Below, one piece after another: positions 19,987-31,224 of a stretch of DNA of 64,000 bases (position 1 is its first letter; each line of letters begins with the position of its first letter). Below the pieces are notes generated by a model that saw only the letters and a program-made list of their open reading frames with translations, had not been told where the DNA came from and searched no databases. The stretch spans positions 36,404 through 100,403 of the forward strand of contig CAKVID010000002.1 of the NCBI GenBank assembly GCA_934754355.1. Direction: 5' to 3'. The DNA is from an uncultured Clostridia bacterium. GTDB lineage: Bacteria > Bacillota > Clostridia > Christensenellales > UBA1242. The position numbers and the translations under genes are program-made.

Positions 19987-21291
19987 TTATTTCAAAAAGC
20001 CTTTATAACTCTTCATAAGCATTTGTGCTTCCAAAGATTTATCAAACTCAATTGCTACAGAAACTACGATAAGTAGTCCAGTTGCACTAAATGCACCTAC
20101 AAGTGTTCCGCCAATAGATTTGAAAATCAAACTAGGAATAATGGCGATAACAGATAAGAATAATGCACCAAACAATGTAACTCTATTAGATATTTTCTTC
20201 AAATATTCTGCAGTTGGTTTGCCCGGACGGATACCCGGAATAAAACCACCGTTTTGTTGAATATTTTTGGAAATATCTTCTGGATTAAATGTAACTTGAG
20301 CCCAGAAATATGCAAAGAATGTAATTAGTAAGCCTACAAGAATAATGTAAACCCAACTTCCAGCACCCAACCATTTACTATACCATAGGTAGAATTTATT
20401 GGTAGAAACATCTACGAATATGCTAAGTATTAATTGTGGGAATGAAAGTAAAGACATAGCAAATATAATTGGCATAACGCCAGTTGCATTTACTCTAATT
20501 GGAATAAATGTACTTTGTCCACCATACATTTTTCTGCCTTTGATTTGTTTTGCATATTGAACAGGAACTTTTCTTTCAGAGCCATCAATCCAAACAATAA
20601 ATCCAAATATCAAAATCAATGCTAGAATGAAAAGTAGCAATTCGGTCAAACTACCCATATCTCCATTGAATATATTTGTGAAATTAGTTAGAAGTGATGT
20701 ACCTGCAGTCGATAAAATACCTACAAAGATAAGTATTGATTGACCATTTGAAATACCTATTTCTGTAATCTTTTCACCAAGCCAATAAGTAAACATAGAA
20801 CCTGCAATCAAAACTAGAGTAACAACAATACCTACAACCCATGTTGGAAGTATAAATCCAGCACCTAGAGTTGATTCTTTCAAAACACCTTCAAAACTAA
20901 TAACTATTGCTACCGCTTGAGCAATGGCAAGAACCAATGCGGCTATCTTAGTATAACCCGCAATTTTCTTCCTACCTTCATCGCCCATTTTGGAAAGTCT
21001 TTCCAAACTAGGAATTGCGATAGTTAAAAGTTGGATAATAATTGATGCACTAATATATGGTGCAATACCAAGTGCCAAAAGTGAACCATTAGCCAATGCG
21101 CCACCACTAACAGAACTAAGTAATCCTAGGAAACCTTCATCTCCAGATACTTGATTTGCAAATGCTGATGCATCAACACCTGGTACAGGTATCCAGCAAC
21201 CTAGCCTATAAATAAGAACCAAAAGAATGGTAAGTAAAATCTTATTTCTTATTTCTTTTACCTTAAAAGCATTGATAAAATTTTTAAACAT
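19987..21291 (-). CDS. secY: Preprotein translocase subunit SecY
   Basis: 434 aa, 10-TM SecY profile (GIMPYISASIIIQLL-type TM2). Confidence 0.95.
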   Translation of the reverse strand: MFKNFINAFKVKEIRNKILLTILLVLIYRLGCWIPVPGVDASAFANQVSGDEGFLGLLSSVSGGALANGSLLALGIAPYISASIIIQLLTIAIPSLERLSKMGDEGRKKIAGYTKIAALVLAIAQAVAIVISFEGVLKESTLGAGFILPTWVVGIVVTLVLIAGSMFTYWLGEKITEIGISNGQSILIFVGILSTAGTSLLTNFTNIFNGDMGSLTELLLFILALILIFGFIVWIDGSERKVPVQYAKQIKGRKMYGGQSTFIPIRVNATGVMPIIFAMSLLSFPQLILSIFVDVSTNKFYLWYSKWLGAGSWVYIILVGLLITFFAYFWAQVTFNPEDISKNIQQNGGFIPGIRPGKPTAEYLKKISNRVTLFGALFLSVIAIIPSLIFKSIGGTLVGAFSATGLLIVVSVAIEFDKSLEAQMLMKSYKGFLK

Positions 21292-21737
21292 TATAATACC
21301 TCGGCTTTTCCACCAACCTCATTGATTTTTTGTATAGCAGTTTCAGAAAATTTAGCAGCCTTAACTGTAAGTTTCTTCTCTAATTTTCCATTACCTAATA
21401 CTTTTAATCCATAAGGGGCAACTTTACTAATAATATTCTTTTCTTTTAGTAATTCAACTGTTACAACAGTATTGTCGTCAAAGTTATTCAAATCTTCAAC
21501 ATTGATAACATTGTATACTTTGTCAAAGTTTTTGTTGTTGAAGCCTCTTCTTGGTAATTTTCTAATAAGTGGCATTTGACCGCCTTCAAATCCTGGACGA
21601 ACACCACCGCCACTACGAGAGTTTTGACCTTTTGTACCCTTGCCACTAGTTTTGCCTAGTCCAGAGCCTAAACCTCTACCTAATCTTTTTGCTTTTGGAG
21701 TAGAATTAGGTGCAGGTGTTAATTGATGTAATTTCAT
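21291..21737 (-). CDS. rplO: 50S ribosomal protein L15
   Basis: [34 protein letters not shown]. Confidence 0.95.
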   Translation of the reverse strand: MKLHQLTPAPNSTPKAKRLGRGLGSGLGKTSGKGTKGQNSRSGGGVRPGFEGGQMPLIRKLPRRGFNNKNFDKVYNVINVEDLNNFDDNTVVTVELLKEKNIISKVAPYGLKVLGNGKLEKKLTVKAAKFSETAIQKINEVGGKAEVL

Positions 21738-21748
21738 AGTCTCCCTCC

Positions 21749-21979
21749 TTAGATTTCCTCTACACGAACAAGGTGTTTGATTTTGAAAATCATACCTCTT
21801 ACAGCACTATTGTCTGGAAGTTCGTTAGATGAATTTAATTTTTTTAGTCCTAGAGCAACTACTGTTTGTCTTTGGTCTTTGCAATATCCAATTGGACTTT
21901 TAACCAAGGTTACTCTAAGCATTTTTTCTTTTTTTGCAACTTTTGCAGGAGTTGCATTAGTTTTTTTAGTTTCTGCCAT
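21749..21979 (-). CDS. rpmD: 50S ribosomal protein L30 (possible N-terminal extension; alternative start at MLRVTL, 21922)
   Basis: [57 protein letters not shown]. Confidence 0.85.
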   Translation of the reverse strand: MAETKKTNATPAKVAKKEKMLRVTLVKSPIGYCKDQRQTVVALGLKKLNSSNELPDNSAVRGMIFKIKHLVRVEEI

Positions 21980-21989
21980 AATACACCTC

Positions 21990-22547
21990 TTACAAAATTT
22001 CCTCTACAGTTTTTCCACGAAGACTTGCAATTTCTTCTTTGCTTCTTAATTGCATAAGAGCATCAATAGTTGCTTTTACGCAGTTAGTTTTGCTTCTAGA
22101 ACCATAAGTTTTAGCAGTAATATCTTTGATACCACATAGTTCAACAACTGGTCTAACAGAACCACCAGCGATAACACCGGTACCTTCTTTAGAAGGAAGC
22201 AATTTAACAATTGATGTACCAAATTTACCAATAACTTCGTGAGGAATAGTAGTTCCTTCCAATGGAATACTAATCATATGCTTCTTTGCACTCATAGTTG
22301 CTTTATCAATTGCGTTAGGAACTTCAGCGGCTTTACCAGTACCAATACCTACCTTGCCTGCTTTATCTCCTGCAACTACTAATGCAGCAAATCTCATATT
22401 TCTACCACCTTTAACAACTTTGGTGATACGATTAACATCTACAAGTTTGCTAGCGATAGGATCAATCTCTTTTACAAAAGATTTCTTATCGTTGTGATTT
22501 CTATTGCCACCTTTTCTCTCAAATGGCTTTTTTTCAGTATTTTGCAT
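21990..22547 (-). CDS. rpsE: 30S ribosomal protein S5
   Basis: dsRBD plus S5 C-terminal domain ([22 protein letters not shown]...). Confidence 0.95.
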   Translation of the reverse strand: MQNTEKKPFERKGGNRNHNDKKSFVKEIDPIASKLVDVNRITKVVKGGRNMRFAALVVAGDKAGKVGIGTGKAAEVPNAIDKATMSAKKHMISIPLEGTTIPHEVIGKFGTSIVKLLPSKEGTGVIAGGSVRPVVELCGIKDITAKTYGSRSKTNCVKATIDALMQLRSKEEIASLRGKTVEEIL

Positions 22548-22558
22548 ATAAACACCTC

Positions 22559-22927
22559 TTAAAACTCAAGACCAGCATCTCTAGCACCATCAGCCAATGC
22601 TTTAACTCTGCCAGTGTACTGGTATCCAGCCCTATCAAATACAACTTGTTTGATACCTTTTGCCATAGCATTTTTTGCAACTGATTGTCCAACAATGAAC
22701 GCTGCTTCCTGTTTAGTTTTTCCTTCAATTGATTTAACAATGGCTTTGTCCATTGTTGATGATTGAGCAAGAGTAATACCCTTTGTATCGTCAATTACTT
22801 GAGCGTAGATATTATTCAAACTTCTAAATACATTAAGTCTTGGTCTTTCAGTAGTGCCTGAAATTTTTGCTCTAACACGTTCAGCACGTATTTTTCTATC
22901 TTCATTTTTATTAATCTTCTTAATCAT
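22559..22927 (-). CDS. rplR: 50S ribosomal protein L18
   Basis: [18 protein letters not shown]...[27 protein letters not shown]. Confidence 0.95.
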   Translation of the reverse strand: MIKKINKNEDRKIRAERVRAKISGTTERPRLNVFRSLNNIYAQVIDDTKGITLAQSSTMDKAIVKSIEGKTKQEAAFIVGQSVAKNAMAKGIKQVVFDRAGYQYTGRVKALADGARDAGLEF

Positions 22928-22937
22928 ATCCTAACCT

Positions 22938-23474
22938 CTACTTCTTACCACTCTTAACTTCTTTACGAACAACTACTTCATCAGTATAACTAATTCCGTA
23001 AGCATGGTATGGTTCTACTGGTTTAATACTTCTAACTCTTGCAGCAAATTGACCAACTAATTCTTTGTCAATACCCTTAACTGTAATAACAGTTTTGTCA
23101 CAAGAAAGTTCAATTCCAGGGATTGCTTTTAATAGTACTGGGTGAGAAAATCCAATATTCAATACTAAATCTTGTCCTTGTTGATTGATTTTGAAACCAA
23201 CACCGTTAACATTTAATGATTTTTCGAAACCTTTGCTAACACCTTCTACCATATTAGCAATAAGTTGTCTATATAATCCATGATAAGCATTGCATTGAGG
23301 ATCTGAATTGTTGTTAATCAAATTAACTTCGTTGTTCTCAACTTTTACTATAATTTTTGGATTTATTTCTCTAGAAAGAGTACCTTTAGGTCCAGTAACT
23401 GTAACAACCTTACCATTAACATTTACTGTAACGCCTTGAGGCAATACAATAGGTTTTTTACCAATTCTACTCAT
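22938..23474 (-). CDS. rplF: 50S ribosomal protein L6
   Basis: MSRIGKKPIVLPQGVTVNVNGKVVTVTGPKG. Confidence 0.95.
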   Translation of the reverse strand: MSRIGKKPIVLPQGVTVNVNGKVVTVTGPKGTLSREINPKIIVKVENNEVNLINNNSDPQCNAYHGLYRQLIANMVEGVSKGFEKSLNVNGVGFKINQQGQDLVLNIGFSHPVLLKAIPGIELSCDKTVITVKGIDKELVGQFAARVRSIKPVEPYHAYGISYTDEVVVRKEVKSGKK

Positions 23475-23486
23475 AAGTCTTACCTC

Positions 23487-23870
23487 CTACCATACATAAG
23501 CAAGCACTTCACCGCCAACACCTAGTTTACGTGCTTCCCTATCAGTAATAATTCCTTTGTTAGTAGAAACGATAGCAATACCCAAGCCATTAATAACCTT
23601 AGGTAAGTCTTCTACACTTGCGTAAATTCTTAGACCTGGTTTAGAAATTCTTTTTAAACCTTGAATAACTTTGTTATCTTTGAATTCGATAACGATATTT
23701 GCTTTAATGCCTTCGCCTTCTACTTTGTAATCTGCAATGTAGCCTTCATTTTTAAGAAGTTCAGCAATAGCTAATTTTGTTTTTGATACAGGAACAGAAA
23801 CATTTGTGTGTTTAGCATTCAATGCGTTTCTCATTCTTGTAAGCATATCTGCGATTGGATCTATAGTCAT
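23487..23870 (-). CDS. rpsH: 30S ribosomal protein S8
   Basis: [21 protein letters not shown]. Confidence 0.95.
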   Translation of the reverse strand: MTIDPIADMLTRMRNALNAKHTNVSVPVSKTKLAIAELLKNEGYIADYKVEGEGIKANIVIEFKDNKVIQGLKRISKPGLRIYASVEDLPKVINGLGIAIVSTNKGIITDREARKLGVGGEVLAYVW

Positions 23871-23885
23871 AAATATTTCCTCCTT

Positions 23886-24071
23886 TTACCAACTTGCTTT
23901 CTTTACACCAGGAATTTCGCCTTTGTATGCTAGTTCCCTGAAACATATTCTGCAAATACCATACTTTCTTAGTACAGAATGTGGACGACCACAAATTTTG
24001 CAACGAGTATATTCACGTGTAGAGAATTTTTGTACTTTTTGTTGTTTATTTAATAATGCTTTTCTTGCCAT
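23886..24071 (-). CDS. rpsZ: 30S ribosomal protein S14 type Z (zinc-binding)
   Basis: 61 aa with [23 protein letters not shown] (C4). Confidence 0.9.
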   Translation of the reverse strand: MARKALLNKQQKVQKFSTREYTRCKICGRPHSVLRKYGICRICFRELAYKGEIPGVKKASW

Positions 24072-24090
24072 AATTTTCTTCCTTTACCTC

Positions 24091-24642
24091 CTACTTTTTG
24101 AAAGGCATACCTAGTTTAGTCAAAACTAGTTTTGCGTCCTCATCAGATTTAGCAGAAGTAACAATAACAATGTCTAAGCCACGAATTTTATCAATTTTTT
24201 CATAACTAATTTCTGGGAATACTAGTTGTTCTGTAAGTCCCATAGCGTAGTTACCTTTACCATCAAAAGATTTCTTGGATACGCCTTGGAAGTCTCTTAA
24301 TCTTGGAAGAGCAATAGAAATTAATTTGTCTAAGAATTCATACATATGCTCGCCTCTAAGAGTAACCTTAGCACCAATTTTCATACCTTGTCTAATTTTG
24401 AAGTTAGCAATTGATTTTTTTGCTGTGGTTGTTACAGGTTTTTGACCTGTGATTGTTGCTAATTCGTCAACAGCCTTGTTAAATGCTTGTGAATTATCTT
24501 TAACATCGCCAAGACCACGACTAACTATAATTTTCTCAAGTTTTGGACATTGGTTAATATTCTTATAACCTTTTTCCTTCATCATAGCAGGAACTACAAC
24601 ATCATTGTAATATACATGTAATCTATTCAATTCTTTTGCCAT
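24091..24642 (-). CDS. rplE: 50S ribosomal protein L5
   Basis: [40 protein letters not shown]. Confidence 0.95.
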   Translation of the reverse strand: MAKELNRLHVYYNDVVVPAMMKEKGYKNINQCPKLEKIIVSRGLGDVKDNSQAFNKAVDELATITGQKPVTTTAKKSIANFKIRQGMKIGAKVTLRGEHMYEFLDKLISIALPRLRDFQGVSKKSFDGKGNYAMGLTEQLVFPEISYEKIDKIRGLDIVIVTSAKSDEDAKLVLTKLGMPFKK

Positions 24643-24652
24643 AATTTACCTC

Positions 24653-25216
24653 CTATTTACTCTCTACTTTCTTAGTAGTAGATTTAGTTGTTGTTTTCTT
24701 TGTAGCAGGTTTATCAGTTGTAGATTTTGTAGTAGTCTTAGTCTCATTAGACTTAGTTGAAGTAGATTTCTTAGTTGCAGTCTTAGTAGTCTTCTTCTCT
24801 TCTACAGTTTTCTCAACTTTTGTATCCTTGCTGGTTTCTTTAACTTCTGCTTTCTTAGTAGCAGTTTTGGTAGTTTCTGCCTTAGTTGCTTTCTTAACAA
24901 CTACATCTAGGCTAGCACCACATTTTTTGCATATACGCTCTTTCTTGCCATCTTTGTCATTATGAGCAACTCTAGTTGCTTTTGAACAACTTGGGCAAAC
25001 GATTTGAACATTACTAGCATCAATCTTGTTTTCTCTCTTGATGATGCCACCTTTGTCTTGAGCACTTCTTGGTTTCTTGTGTTTAGCAATAATATTTACA
25101 CCTGCTACTACAACGGAGTTGTCTGCAGGCATTGCAACCAACACTTTGCCAGTTTTGCCTTTATCTTTTCCAGCGATAACTAATACTGTGTCGCCTTTTT
25201 TAACATTTAATGCCAT
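24653..25216 (-). CDS. rplX: 50S ribosomal protein L24 with C4 zinc-ribbon substitution and about 80-aa Lys/Thr-rich C-terminal extension
   Basis: KOW N-terminus MALNVKKGDTVLVIAGKDKGKTGKV. CPSC-x20-CKKC sits where B. subtilis L24 has non-Cys residues. The tail (KAETTKTATKKAEVKETSKDTKVEKTVEEKKTTKTATKK...) is low complexity. Confidence 0.9.
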   Translation of the reverse strand: MALNVKKGDTVLVIAGKDKGKTGKVLVAMPADNSVVVAGVNIIAKHKKPRSAQDKGGIIKRENKIDASNVQIVCPSCSKATRVAHNDKDGKKERICKKCGASLDVVVKKATKAETTKTATKKAEVKETSKDTKVEKTVEEKKTTKTATKKSTSTKSNETKTTTKSTTDKPATKKTTTKSTTKKVESK

Positions 25217-25227
25217 ATTTTATCTCC

Positions 25228-25596
25228 TTATAATACTTCAGGTGCAAGTGAAATTATTTTCATAAAGCCCTTATCTCTAAGTTCTCTTGCAATTGGTCCA
25301 AAGATACGAGTACCTTTAGGTAATTTTTGGTTATCAATAATAACTGCAGCATTGTCGTCAAATTTAATATAAGAACCATCTGGTCTAGAAACACCCTTAG
25401 ATGTTCTAACGATAACTGCCTTTACAACATCACCTTTTTTAACTGTACCACCAGGAGTAGCAGTTTTAACAGATGCTACTATAATATCCCCGATGTTACC
25501 ACTTCTACGAAATGAGCCACCCAAAATTCTAATACACATAATTCTCTTAGCGCCACTGTTGTCAGCAACTTTTAATATTGTTTGAGGTTGTACCAT
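25228..25596 (-). CDS. rplN: 50S ribosomal protein L14
   Basis: [17 protein letters not shown]. Confidence 0.95.
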   Translation of the reverse strand: MVQPQTILKVADNSGAKRIMCIRILGGSFRRSGNIGDIIVASVKTATPGGTVKKGDVVKAVIVRTSKGVSRPDGSYIKFDDNAAVIIDNQKLPKGTRIFGPIARELRDKGFMKIISLAPEVL

Positions 25597-25607
25597 ATTT
25601 TATCTCC

Positions 25608-25868
25608 TTATTTAGCCCTTTCGACTATTCTCACTAATCTAAAGTATTTATCTTTACTTAGTGGACGAGTTTCCATAATTTCAACTGTATCGCCAATCTT
25701 TGCTTCATTGTTTTCATCATGGGCTTTAAATTTCTTAGTTGTTTTGTATACTTTGCCGTATAGTGGATGTCTTTTATCAAGTTCTACAGCAACAGTAATT
25801 GTTTTGTCCATTTTGTCGCTAACTACGACACCGATTCTGGTTCTTCTGTTATTTCTCTCAACTGTCAT
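25608..25868 (-). CDS. rpsQ: 30S ribosomal protein S17
   Basis: [22 protein letters not shown]...[25 protein letters not shown]. Confidence 0.95.
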   Translation of the reverse strand: MTVERNNRRTRIGVVVSDKMDKTITVAVELDKRHPLYGKVYKTTKKFKAHDENNEAKIGDTVEIMETRPLSKDKYFRLVRIVERAK

Positions 25869-25894
25869 ATTCTTTTATCCTCCTATACCAGCGC

Positions 25895-26101
25895 TTAGGC
25901 ATTAGCCTTTTTATTTAATTCTCTTTCTGTAAGAATTGTTTTTACTCTAGCAATGTCCTTCTTAACAACTTTAAGTTGCATAGGATTTGCAAGTTGTCCA
26001 GTAGCATTTGAAAAACGAAGATTAAATAATTCTTGTTTCAATGACTTCAATTGTGTGTTTAGTTCTTCGTTAGTCATTTCTTTAAAATTCTTTGCTTTCA
26101 T
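25895..26101 (-). CDS. rpmC: 50S ribosomal protein L29
   Basis: ELNTQLKSLKQELFNLRFSNATGQL. Confidence 0.9.
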   Translation of the reverse strand: MKAKNFKEMTNEELNTQLKSLKQELFNLRFSNATGQLANPMQLKVVKKDIARVKTILTERELNKKANA

Positions 26102-26541
26102 TATTCGTTACCACCTTCAATAATTTCTTCATTTTCTTTCATAACGAATTTAGTTTTGCAAGGTAATTTATGTCCAGCAAGACGCATAGCCTCTCTTGCT
26201 TGTTCTTCCGCAACTCCCTCAAGTTCAAATAAAACTCTACCCGGTTTAATTACAGCAACCCAGAATTCAGGTGCTCCTTTACCTTTACCCATACGAGTAC
26301 CGATAGGTTTCTTAGAAACTGGTTTTTGTGGGAAGACATTTATCCAAACTTTACCACCACGCTTTGTAAAACGGTTGATGGCAACTCTCGCAGCCTCTAA
26401 TTGATTAGCAGTCAACCAACAAGGTTCTGTAGCAACCAATCCATAAGTACCATATGCAAGTTTATTACCACGAGTGGCTTTACCTTTCATTCTTCCTCTA
26501 AATTGTTTTCTTCTTGTAACTCTTCTAGGCATCATTAACAT
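26101..26541 (-). CDS. rplP: 50S ribosomal protein L16
   Basis: [26 protein letters not shown]. Confidence 0.95.
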   Translation of the reverse strand: MLMMPRRVTRRKQFRGRMKGKATRGNKLAYGTYGLVATEPCWLTANQLEAARVAINRFTKRGGKVWINVFPQKPVSKKPIGTRMGKGKGAPEFWVAVIKPGRVLFELEGVAEEQAREAMRLAGHKLPCKTKFVMKENEEIIEGGNE

Positions 26542-27221
26542 AATGCTTCACCTCCAACATCAGAAGTATTGTCGGTAGTTACTGATTTTTTGTTTAAGAT
26601 TTCGCCTTTGCAAATCCAAACTTTAACACCAATTACACCAAAAGTTGTATGTGCTTCATAAGTAGCATAGTCAATGTCTGCTCTAATAGTATGAAGTGGA
26701 AGTCTACCCTCATGATAATGTTCACTTCTTGCTATTTCTGCACCATCTAGTCTACCACTAACCATAATTTTGCAACCAACAGCACCAGCCTTCATAACTC
26801 TTTGCATTGCTTGTTTCATTGCTCTTCTGAAACTAACTCTTTTCTCAAGTTGTAAAGCAATAGATTCAGCAACAAGTTCAGCGTCAAGATCTGGTCTTTT
26901 TACTTCTTTTATATTAATGCTAATATTTTTGATATTGCTTAGTTTAGCAATTTCAGATTTTAATTCTTCAACTCCTGCACCTTTTTGACCAATAATGATA
27001 CCAGGCTTAGAAGTATAAATATCAACGGTTAGACGGTTAACAGTTCTTTCAATAATGATTTTTGAAATACCGTTACCAGCGTGTTTTTTGTTAATATATT
27101 TTCTAATTTTATTATCTTCAATAAGATAATTAGAGAATTCTTTTTTGTTAGCAATCCAAGAAGAACTCCATTCTTTATTAACACCAACTCTCAAACCGTT
27201 TGGATTAACTTTTTGTCCCAT
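26535..27221 (-). CDS. rpsC: 30S ribosomal protein S3
   Basis: [22 protein letters not shown]..., with KH domain and S3 C-terminal domain. Confidence 0.95.
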   Translation of the reverse strand: MGQKVNPNGLRVGVNKEWSSSWIANKKEFSNYLIEDNKIRKYINKKHAGNGISKIIIERTVNRLTVDIYTSKPGIIIGQKGAGVEELKSEIAKLSNIKNISINIKEVKRPDLDAELVAESIALQLEKRVSFRRAMKQAMQRVMKAGAVGCKIMVSGRLDGAEIARSEHYHEGRLPLHTIRADIDYATYEAHTTFGVIGVKVWICKGEILNKKSVTTDNTSDVGGEALC

Positions 27222-27239
27222 AATTCTTTTCTTGCTCCT

Positions 27240-27629
27240 TTACTTTTTTACGCTGTCTAACACTACAGTGATATGACAATTTCTTTTAATAATAGTGTCA
27301 ACACCGCCTCTTCCTCTAAAAGATACTCTTTTAAAAGAAGGTGCTTGGTTGGCATATGCTTCTGCAACAACTAGGTCGTCTTTATTAAGACCCATATTGT
27401 TTTCAGCATTTGCTATAGCAGAGCATAAAACTTTTTTAACTGCAATAGAAGCTGTACTAGGAGTAATTTCAAGTATTGCTTGAGCCTCAACTGCACTCTT
27501 ATTTTTGATTAAATCCAAAAGTCTTTTTGCTTTTGGAGCACCCATTCTTACATATCTAGCAGTAGCAGAAGGACGAGTGTCTCTTGAATCATTTCTTTTT
27601 GCAGATTTTTCTTTCATTCTTTTAGCCAT
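27240..27629 (-). CDS. rplV: 50S ribosomal protein L22 (short basic N-terminal extension)
   Basis: ARYVRMGAPKAKRLLDLIKNKSAVEAQAILEITP...RGRGGVDTIIKRNCHITVVL. Confidence 0.95.
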   Translation of the reverse strand: MAKRMKEKSAKRNDSRDTRPSATARYVRMGAPKAKRLLDLIKNKSAVEAQAILEITPSTASIAVKKVLCSAIANAENNMGLNKDDLVVAEAYANQAPSFKRVSFRGRGGVDTIIKRNCHITVVLDSVKK

Positions 27630-27642
27630 AATTTATCTCTCC

Positions 27643-27921
27643 TTACTTCTTTGCTACAACCTTATCACTGCCATGACCTCTGAAGGTTCTAGTAGGAGCG
27701 AACTCACCAAGTTTGTGACCTATCATATCGATTGTACAATAAACTGGGATATGTTTCATTCCGTTGTGAACAGCGATAGTGTGTCCTACGAACTCAGGAT
27801 AAATAGTAGAACTTCTACTCCAAGTCTTTAGAACTTGTTTTTTACCCTCAGCATTTAATTTCTCTATTCTCTTTAATAACCTTTCTTCTACATAAGGTTT
27901 TTTCTTTAATGATCTACTCAT
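27643..27921 (-). CDS. rpsS: 30S ribosomal protein S19
   Basis: [11 protein letters not shown]...[16 protein letters not shown]. Confidence 0.95.
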   Translation of the reverse strand: MSRSLKKKPYVEERLLKRIEKLNAEGKKQVLKTWSRSSTIYPEFVGHTIAVHNGMKHIPVYCTIDMIGHKLGEFAPTRTFRGHGSDKVVAKK

Positions 27922-27932
27922 ATCATACGCTC

Positions 27933-28760
27933 CTAATTAACACGCTTCAAAATAAGTTTGCTACTTTGTTTTTTAGTGTTTCTAGTTTTCTTACCAAGAG
28001 CAGGTTTACCCCAAGGAGTAAGTGGAGATTTTCTACCAACTGGACATTTACCTTCACCACCACCATGAGGGTGATCACAAGGGTTCATAACGCTACCACG
28101 AACGGTAGGTCTAATACCTTGATGTCTTGTTCTACCTGCTTTACCGATAGAAACTATTTCGTGTTCAAGATTGCCAACTTGTCCGATTGTTGCTTTGCAA
28201 TTTGCAAGAACAAGTCTCATTTCTCCAGAAGGAAGTTTAATTGTAACATATCTACCCTCTTTAGCCATAAGTCTTGCTTCCATACCAGCAGATCTAACAA
28301 TTTGACCGCCCTTTCCTGGTGTTAATTCAATATTATGAATTACAGCACCAACTGGCATATCTTTCATTTCTAGTGCATTACCTACTTTAATTTCAGCATT
28401 GCTACCACTTATTACTTTGTCACCTACATTAAGTCCTACTGGTGCTAAGATATATCTCTTGTCACCATCTGCATAATTAAGTAATGCAATGTAAGCACTT
28501 CTGTTTGGATCGTATTCAATTCCAACAACAGTTGCAGGAACACCATCTTTATTTCTTTTAAAATCAATAATTCTATATTTAACTCTGTTGCCACCACCTC
28601 TGTGTCTAACAGTAATTCTGCCTTGATTATTTCTACCAGCAAATTTCTTTTTCTCTGCCAAAAGAGATTTTTCAGGAGTTTTCTTAGTTACTTCTTCAAA
28701 AGATGCTGTAGTATAAAATCTTCTAGCAGGAGATGTTGGTTTATATGTTTTAATAGCCAT
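27933..28760 (-). CDS. rplB: 50S ribosomal protein L2
   Basis: [14 protein letters not shown]...[24 protein letters not shown]. Confidence 0.95.
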   Translation of the reverse strand: MAIKTYKPTSPARRFYTTASFEEVTKKTPEKSLLAEKKKFAGRNNQGRITVRHRGGGNRVKYRIIDFKRNKDGVPATVVGIEYDPNRSAYIALLNYADGDKRYILAPVGLNVGDKVISGSNAEIKVGNALEMKDMPVGAVIHNIELTPGKGGQIVRSAGMEARLMAKEGRYVTIKLPSGEMRLVLANCKATIGQVGNLEHEIVSIGKAGRTRHQGIRPTVRGSVMNPCDHPHGGGEGKCPVGRKSPLTPWGKPALGKKTRNTKKQSSKLILKRVN

Positions 28761-28781
28761 TATAATATCCTCCTACAATTC

Positions 28782-29072
28782 CTATGATAGACTCTCGAAG
28801 AACTCTATAGCCTTGCTATCAGCAGTTAAAGTTACATAGGCCTTCTTGTAGTCGCTAGTATAACCTTGAGTCTTTCCTTGTCTTTTTAATTTGCCGTCCA
28901 TATTTAGAGTATTAACAGATTTAACTTTAACACCAAATATTTCTTCAACGGCTTTCTTAATTTCTACTTTGTTTGCATTTTTATCTACAACAAAAGCATA
29001 TTTCTTGTTGTGGATATCAGCATATGTTTTCTCACTTAGAAGTGGTTTCTTAATTATATCAAATGTTCTCAT
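28782..29072 (-). CDS. rplW: 50S ribosomal protein L23
   Basis: MRTFDIIKKPLLSEKTYADIHNKKYAFVVDKNANKVEIKKAVEEIFGVKV. Confidence 0.9.
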   Translation of the reverse strand: MRTFDIIKKPLLSEKTYADIHNKKYAFVVDKNANKVEIKKAVEEIFGVKVKSVNTLNMDGKLKRQGKTQGYTSDYKKAYVTLTADSKAIEFFESLS

Positions 29073-29698
29073 TATGCTTTGTACCCCTCTTCAATTGATT
29101 TAATAGCGTCAGCAGTAAGTACCAACTTATCGCATTTAATGATATCATAAACATTTAGAAGATTAGAATCTGTAACTTCAACATATTGAAGATTTGAACT
29201 TGCTCTCAAAACATTTTCGTTTTCGCCTTTAGTAACGATAACTGCAGTTCTGTTTGCACCAATCTTATTTAGAACATCAACCATTGTTTTTGTCTTTGCA
29301 TCTTTGATATCAAGATTGTCAAGAACGATTAATTCTTTATTTGCAAGTTTAGTAGAGATAGCACTACGGAATGCAACTCTCTTTGCTTCTTTGTTTACTT
29401 TCTTAGAGAAATCTCTTGGCTTAGGTGCAAATGCTACACCACCACCTCTCCATTGTGGAGCCTTGGTTGAGCCTTGTCTTGCTCTACCTGTACCTTTTTG
29501 TCTCCAAGGTTTCTTAGCGTGACCTCTTACTTCAGTTCTTGTAAGAGCACTCTTTGTACCTTGTCTTAAATTTGCTAGGTGTGCAACTACAACTTGATGA
29601 ATTAACGCTTCGTTATATTCTTGTTTGAATACGCTATCGTTAAGTTTAATAGTACCACACTCTTCGCCCATTATATTAAGTAATTTTGTGCTTGCCAT
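29072..29698 (-). CDS. rplD: 50S ribosomal protein L4
   Basis: KKPWRQKGTGRARQGSTKAPQWRGGGVAFAPKPRDFS. Confidence 0.95.
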   Translation of the reverse strand: MASTKLLNIMGEECGTIKLNDSVFKQEYNEALIHQVVVAHLANLRQGTKSALTRTEVRGHAKKPWRQKGTGRARQGSTKAPQWRGGGVAFAPKPRDFSKKVNKEAKRVAFRSAISTKLANKELIVLDNLDIKDAKTKTMVDVLNKIGANRTAVIVTKGENENVLRASSNLQYVEVTDSNLLNVYDIIKCDKLVLTADAIKSIEEGYKA

Positions 29699-29709
29699 AG
29701 TTTAACTCC

Positions 29710-30348
29710 TTATGCGTTTACTTTAACAGCAGATTTAACACTAACCAAACTACCTTTAGCACCAGGAATTGCACCTTTGACAAGTATTAAATTTCTTTCT
29801 GCGTCAACTTTAACAACTTTTAAATTTTGAACAGTAACTTTCTCGTTACCCCATCTACCAGCCATTTTCTTACCCTTGAATACTTTAGCAGGGAAAGTAT
29901 TAGCACCGATAGAACCAACATGTCTATGTACTGGACCATTACCGTGAGTCATTCTGTGTCTGTGGAAATTCCATTTTGCGATAGTACCACTGAAACCATG
30001 ACCTTTAGAAGTACCGGTAACATCTACAACATCACCTTCTGCAAATACATCACAAGTGATTTTGTCACCAAGTTTGTAATTCTCTGCATCGTCAAGTTTA
30101 AATTCTTTAAGATATCTCATAGCAGAAATATCTGCTTTCTTGAGTTGACCAAGCATTGGTTTATTAATTAATTGTTCTCTTACACCATCAAATGCAAGTT
30201 GTACTGCTGTGTAACCATCATTTTGCATTGTCTTAATTTGAGATACAAAACATGGACCAGCCTCAATAGCAGTAACAGGGACAACTAAACCATTGTTATC
30301 AAATATTTGAGTCATACCAAGTTTTTTGCCTAATATTGCTTTTTTCAT
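29710..30348 (-). CDS. rplC: 50S ribosomal protein L3
   Basis: MKKAILGKKLGMTQIFDNNGLVVPVTAIEAGPC... Confidence 0.95.
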   Translation of the reverse strand: MKKAILGKKLGMTQIFDNNGLVVPVTAIEAGPCFVSQIKTMQNDGYTAVQLAFDGVREQLINKPMLGQLKKADISAMRYLKEFKLDDAENYKLGDKITCDVFAEGDVVDVTGTSKGHGFSGTIAKWNFHRHRMTHGNGPVHRHVGSIGANTFPAKVFKGKKMAGRWGNEKVTVQNLKVVKVDAERNLILVKGAIPGAKGSLVSVKSAVKVNA

Positions 30349-30368
30349 TATTTTATTTCCCCCTGTCC

Positions 30369-30677
30369 TTAAAGTTTAATATTGATGTCTACACCTGCAG
30401 GAAGTTCCAACTTCATAAGAGCATCAACTGCCTTTGCTGAAGGACTGTAAATATCAATTAGTCTTTTATGTGTTCTTAGTTCGAACTGCTCACGACTATC
30501 TTTGTATTTGTGAGTAGCCCTAATAATTGTAACCACTTCTTTATTAGTAGGAAGTGGAATTGGACCACTAATCTTTGCACCAAATTTAAGAGCAGTGTCA
30601 ACTATTCTTTTGCTTGCTACATCAATTAGGTTGTGGTCAAAAGCATTTAATTTAATTCTGATTTTTTGTGTTGCCAT
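30369..30677 (-). CDS. rpsJ: 30S ribosomal protein S10 (start at internal [10 protein letters not shown]; ORF track extends to 30734)
   Basis: [77 protein letters not shown]. Confidence 0.93.
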   Translation of the reverse strand: MATQKIRIKLNAFDHNLIDVASKRIVDTALKFGAKISGPIPLPTNKEVVTIIRATHKYKDSREQFELRTHKRLIDIYSPSAKAVDALMKLELPAGVDINIKL

Positions 30678-31000
30678 TAATTTTTCTCCTTTAATTAATT
30701 TACCTAAAAATCTTTTTTCGCTATAAGCAAACACCTATCATGTCTCAAACCGCAAAAATCCCTTTTGAAAACAGATTTAATCTAATTTTCAATAGGAACT
30801 AATTACATATTCTTACACTTTACCGTGTGTTCACTCGCTGTAATCAAAAAAAATAATGCGAGATTTTTAGTCGTTCACAATCAATGCGTGAACCCTTCTA
30901 AAATGTAAATTATCCCTAAAAATCGGCACTTTTCAGAGTAACTTTACACTCAGCAAAATATTACAGCATATTTATTCTATCTAAAAAAAGCCCAAAAGTC
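30678..31000 (-). promoter_or_regulatory. Putative promoter / 5' leader of the S10 operon
   Basis: About 500 nt noncoding upstream of rpsJ. Contains the hairpin GTTCAC-AATCAAT-GCGTGAAC and AT-rich promoter-like hexamers. Extent and function are inferred from position only. Confidence 0.3.
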
Positions 31001-31199
31001 AACACTTTTTTGAAAATTTTTTCAGAAATTTATCAAAATAGGACATATTATGTAAAATATAAAATTTGTGAATGTTCTCCACCAGAATAATGTAATAATT
31101 AATCTAATGTCTTCCCCAATTTCATATCTAATTAAATATGTTTATTTATTAGATATAATATATTATATCATATATATAAGCAAATAGCAATAGTTTTTA

Positions 31200-31224
31200 C
31201 AAAAAAATCGCCCGTTTGGGCGAT
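31200..31224 (-). terminator. Rho-independent terminator after DUF1858 gene
   Basis: ATCGCCC-GTTT-GGGCGAT hairpin followed on the minus strand by a U7 tract. Confidence 0.6.

Noticed and set aside
27909-28325. 138-aa plus-strand ORF (and many similar 60 to 150-aa ORFs antisense to ribosomal protein, PFOR, EF-G, rpoC and addAB genes)
   Set aside because: They overlap strongly supported genes on the opposite strand, have Ser/Phe/Leu-rich compositions typical of antisense frames in AT-rich DNA, and carry no motifs.
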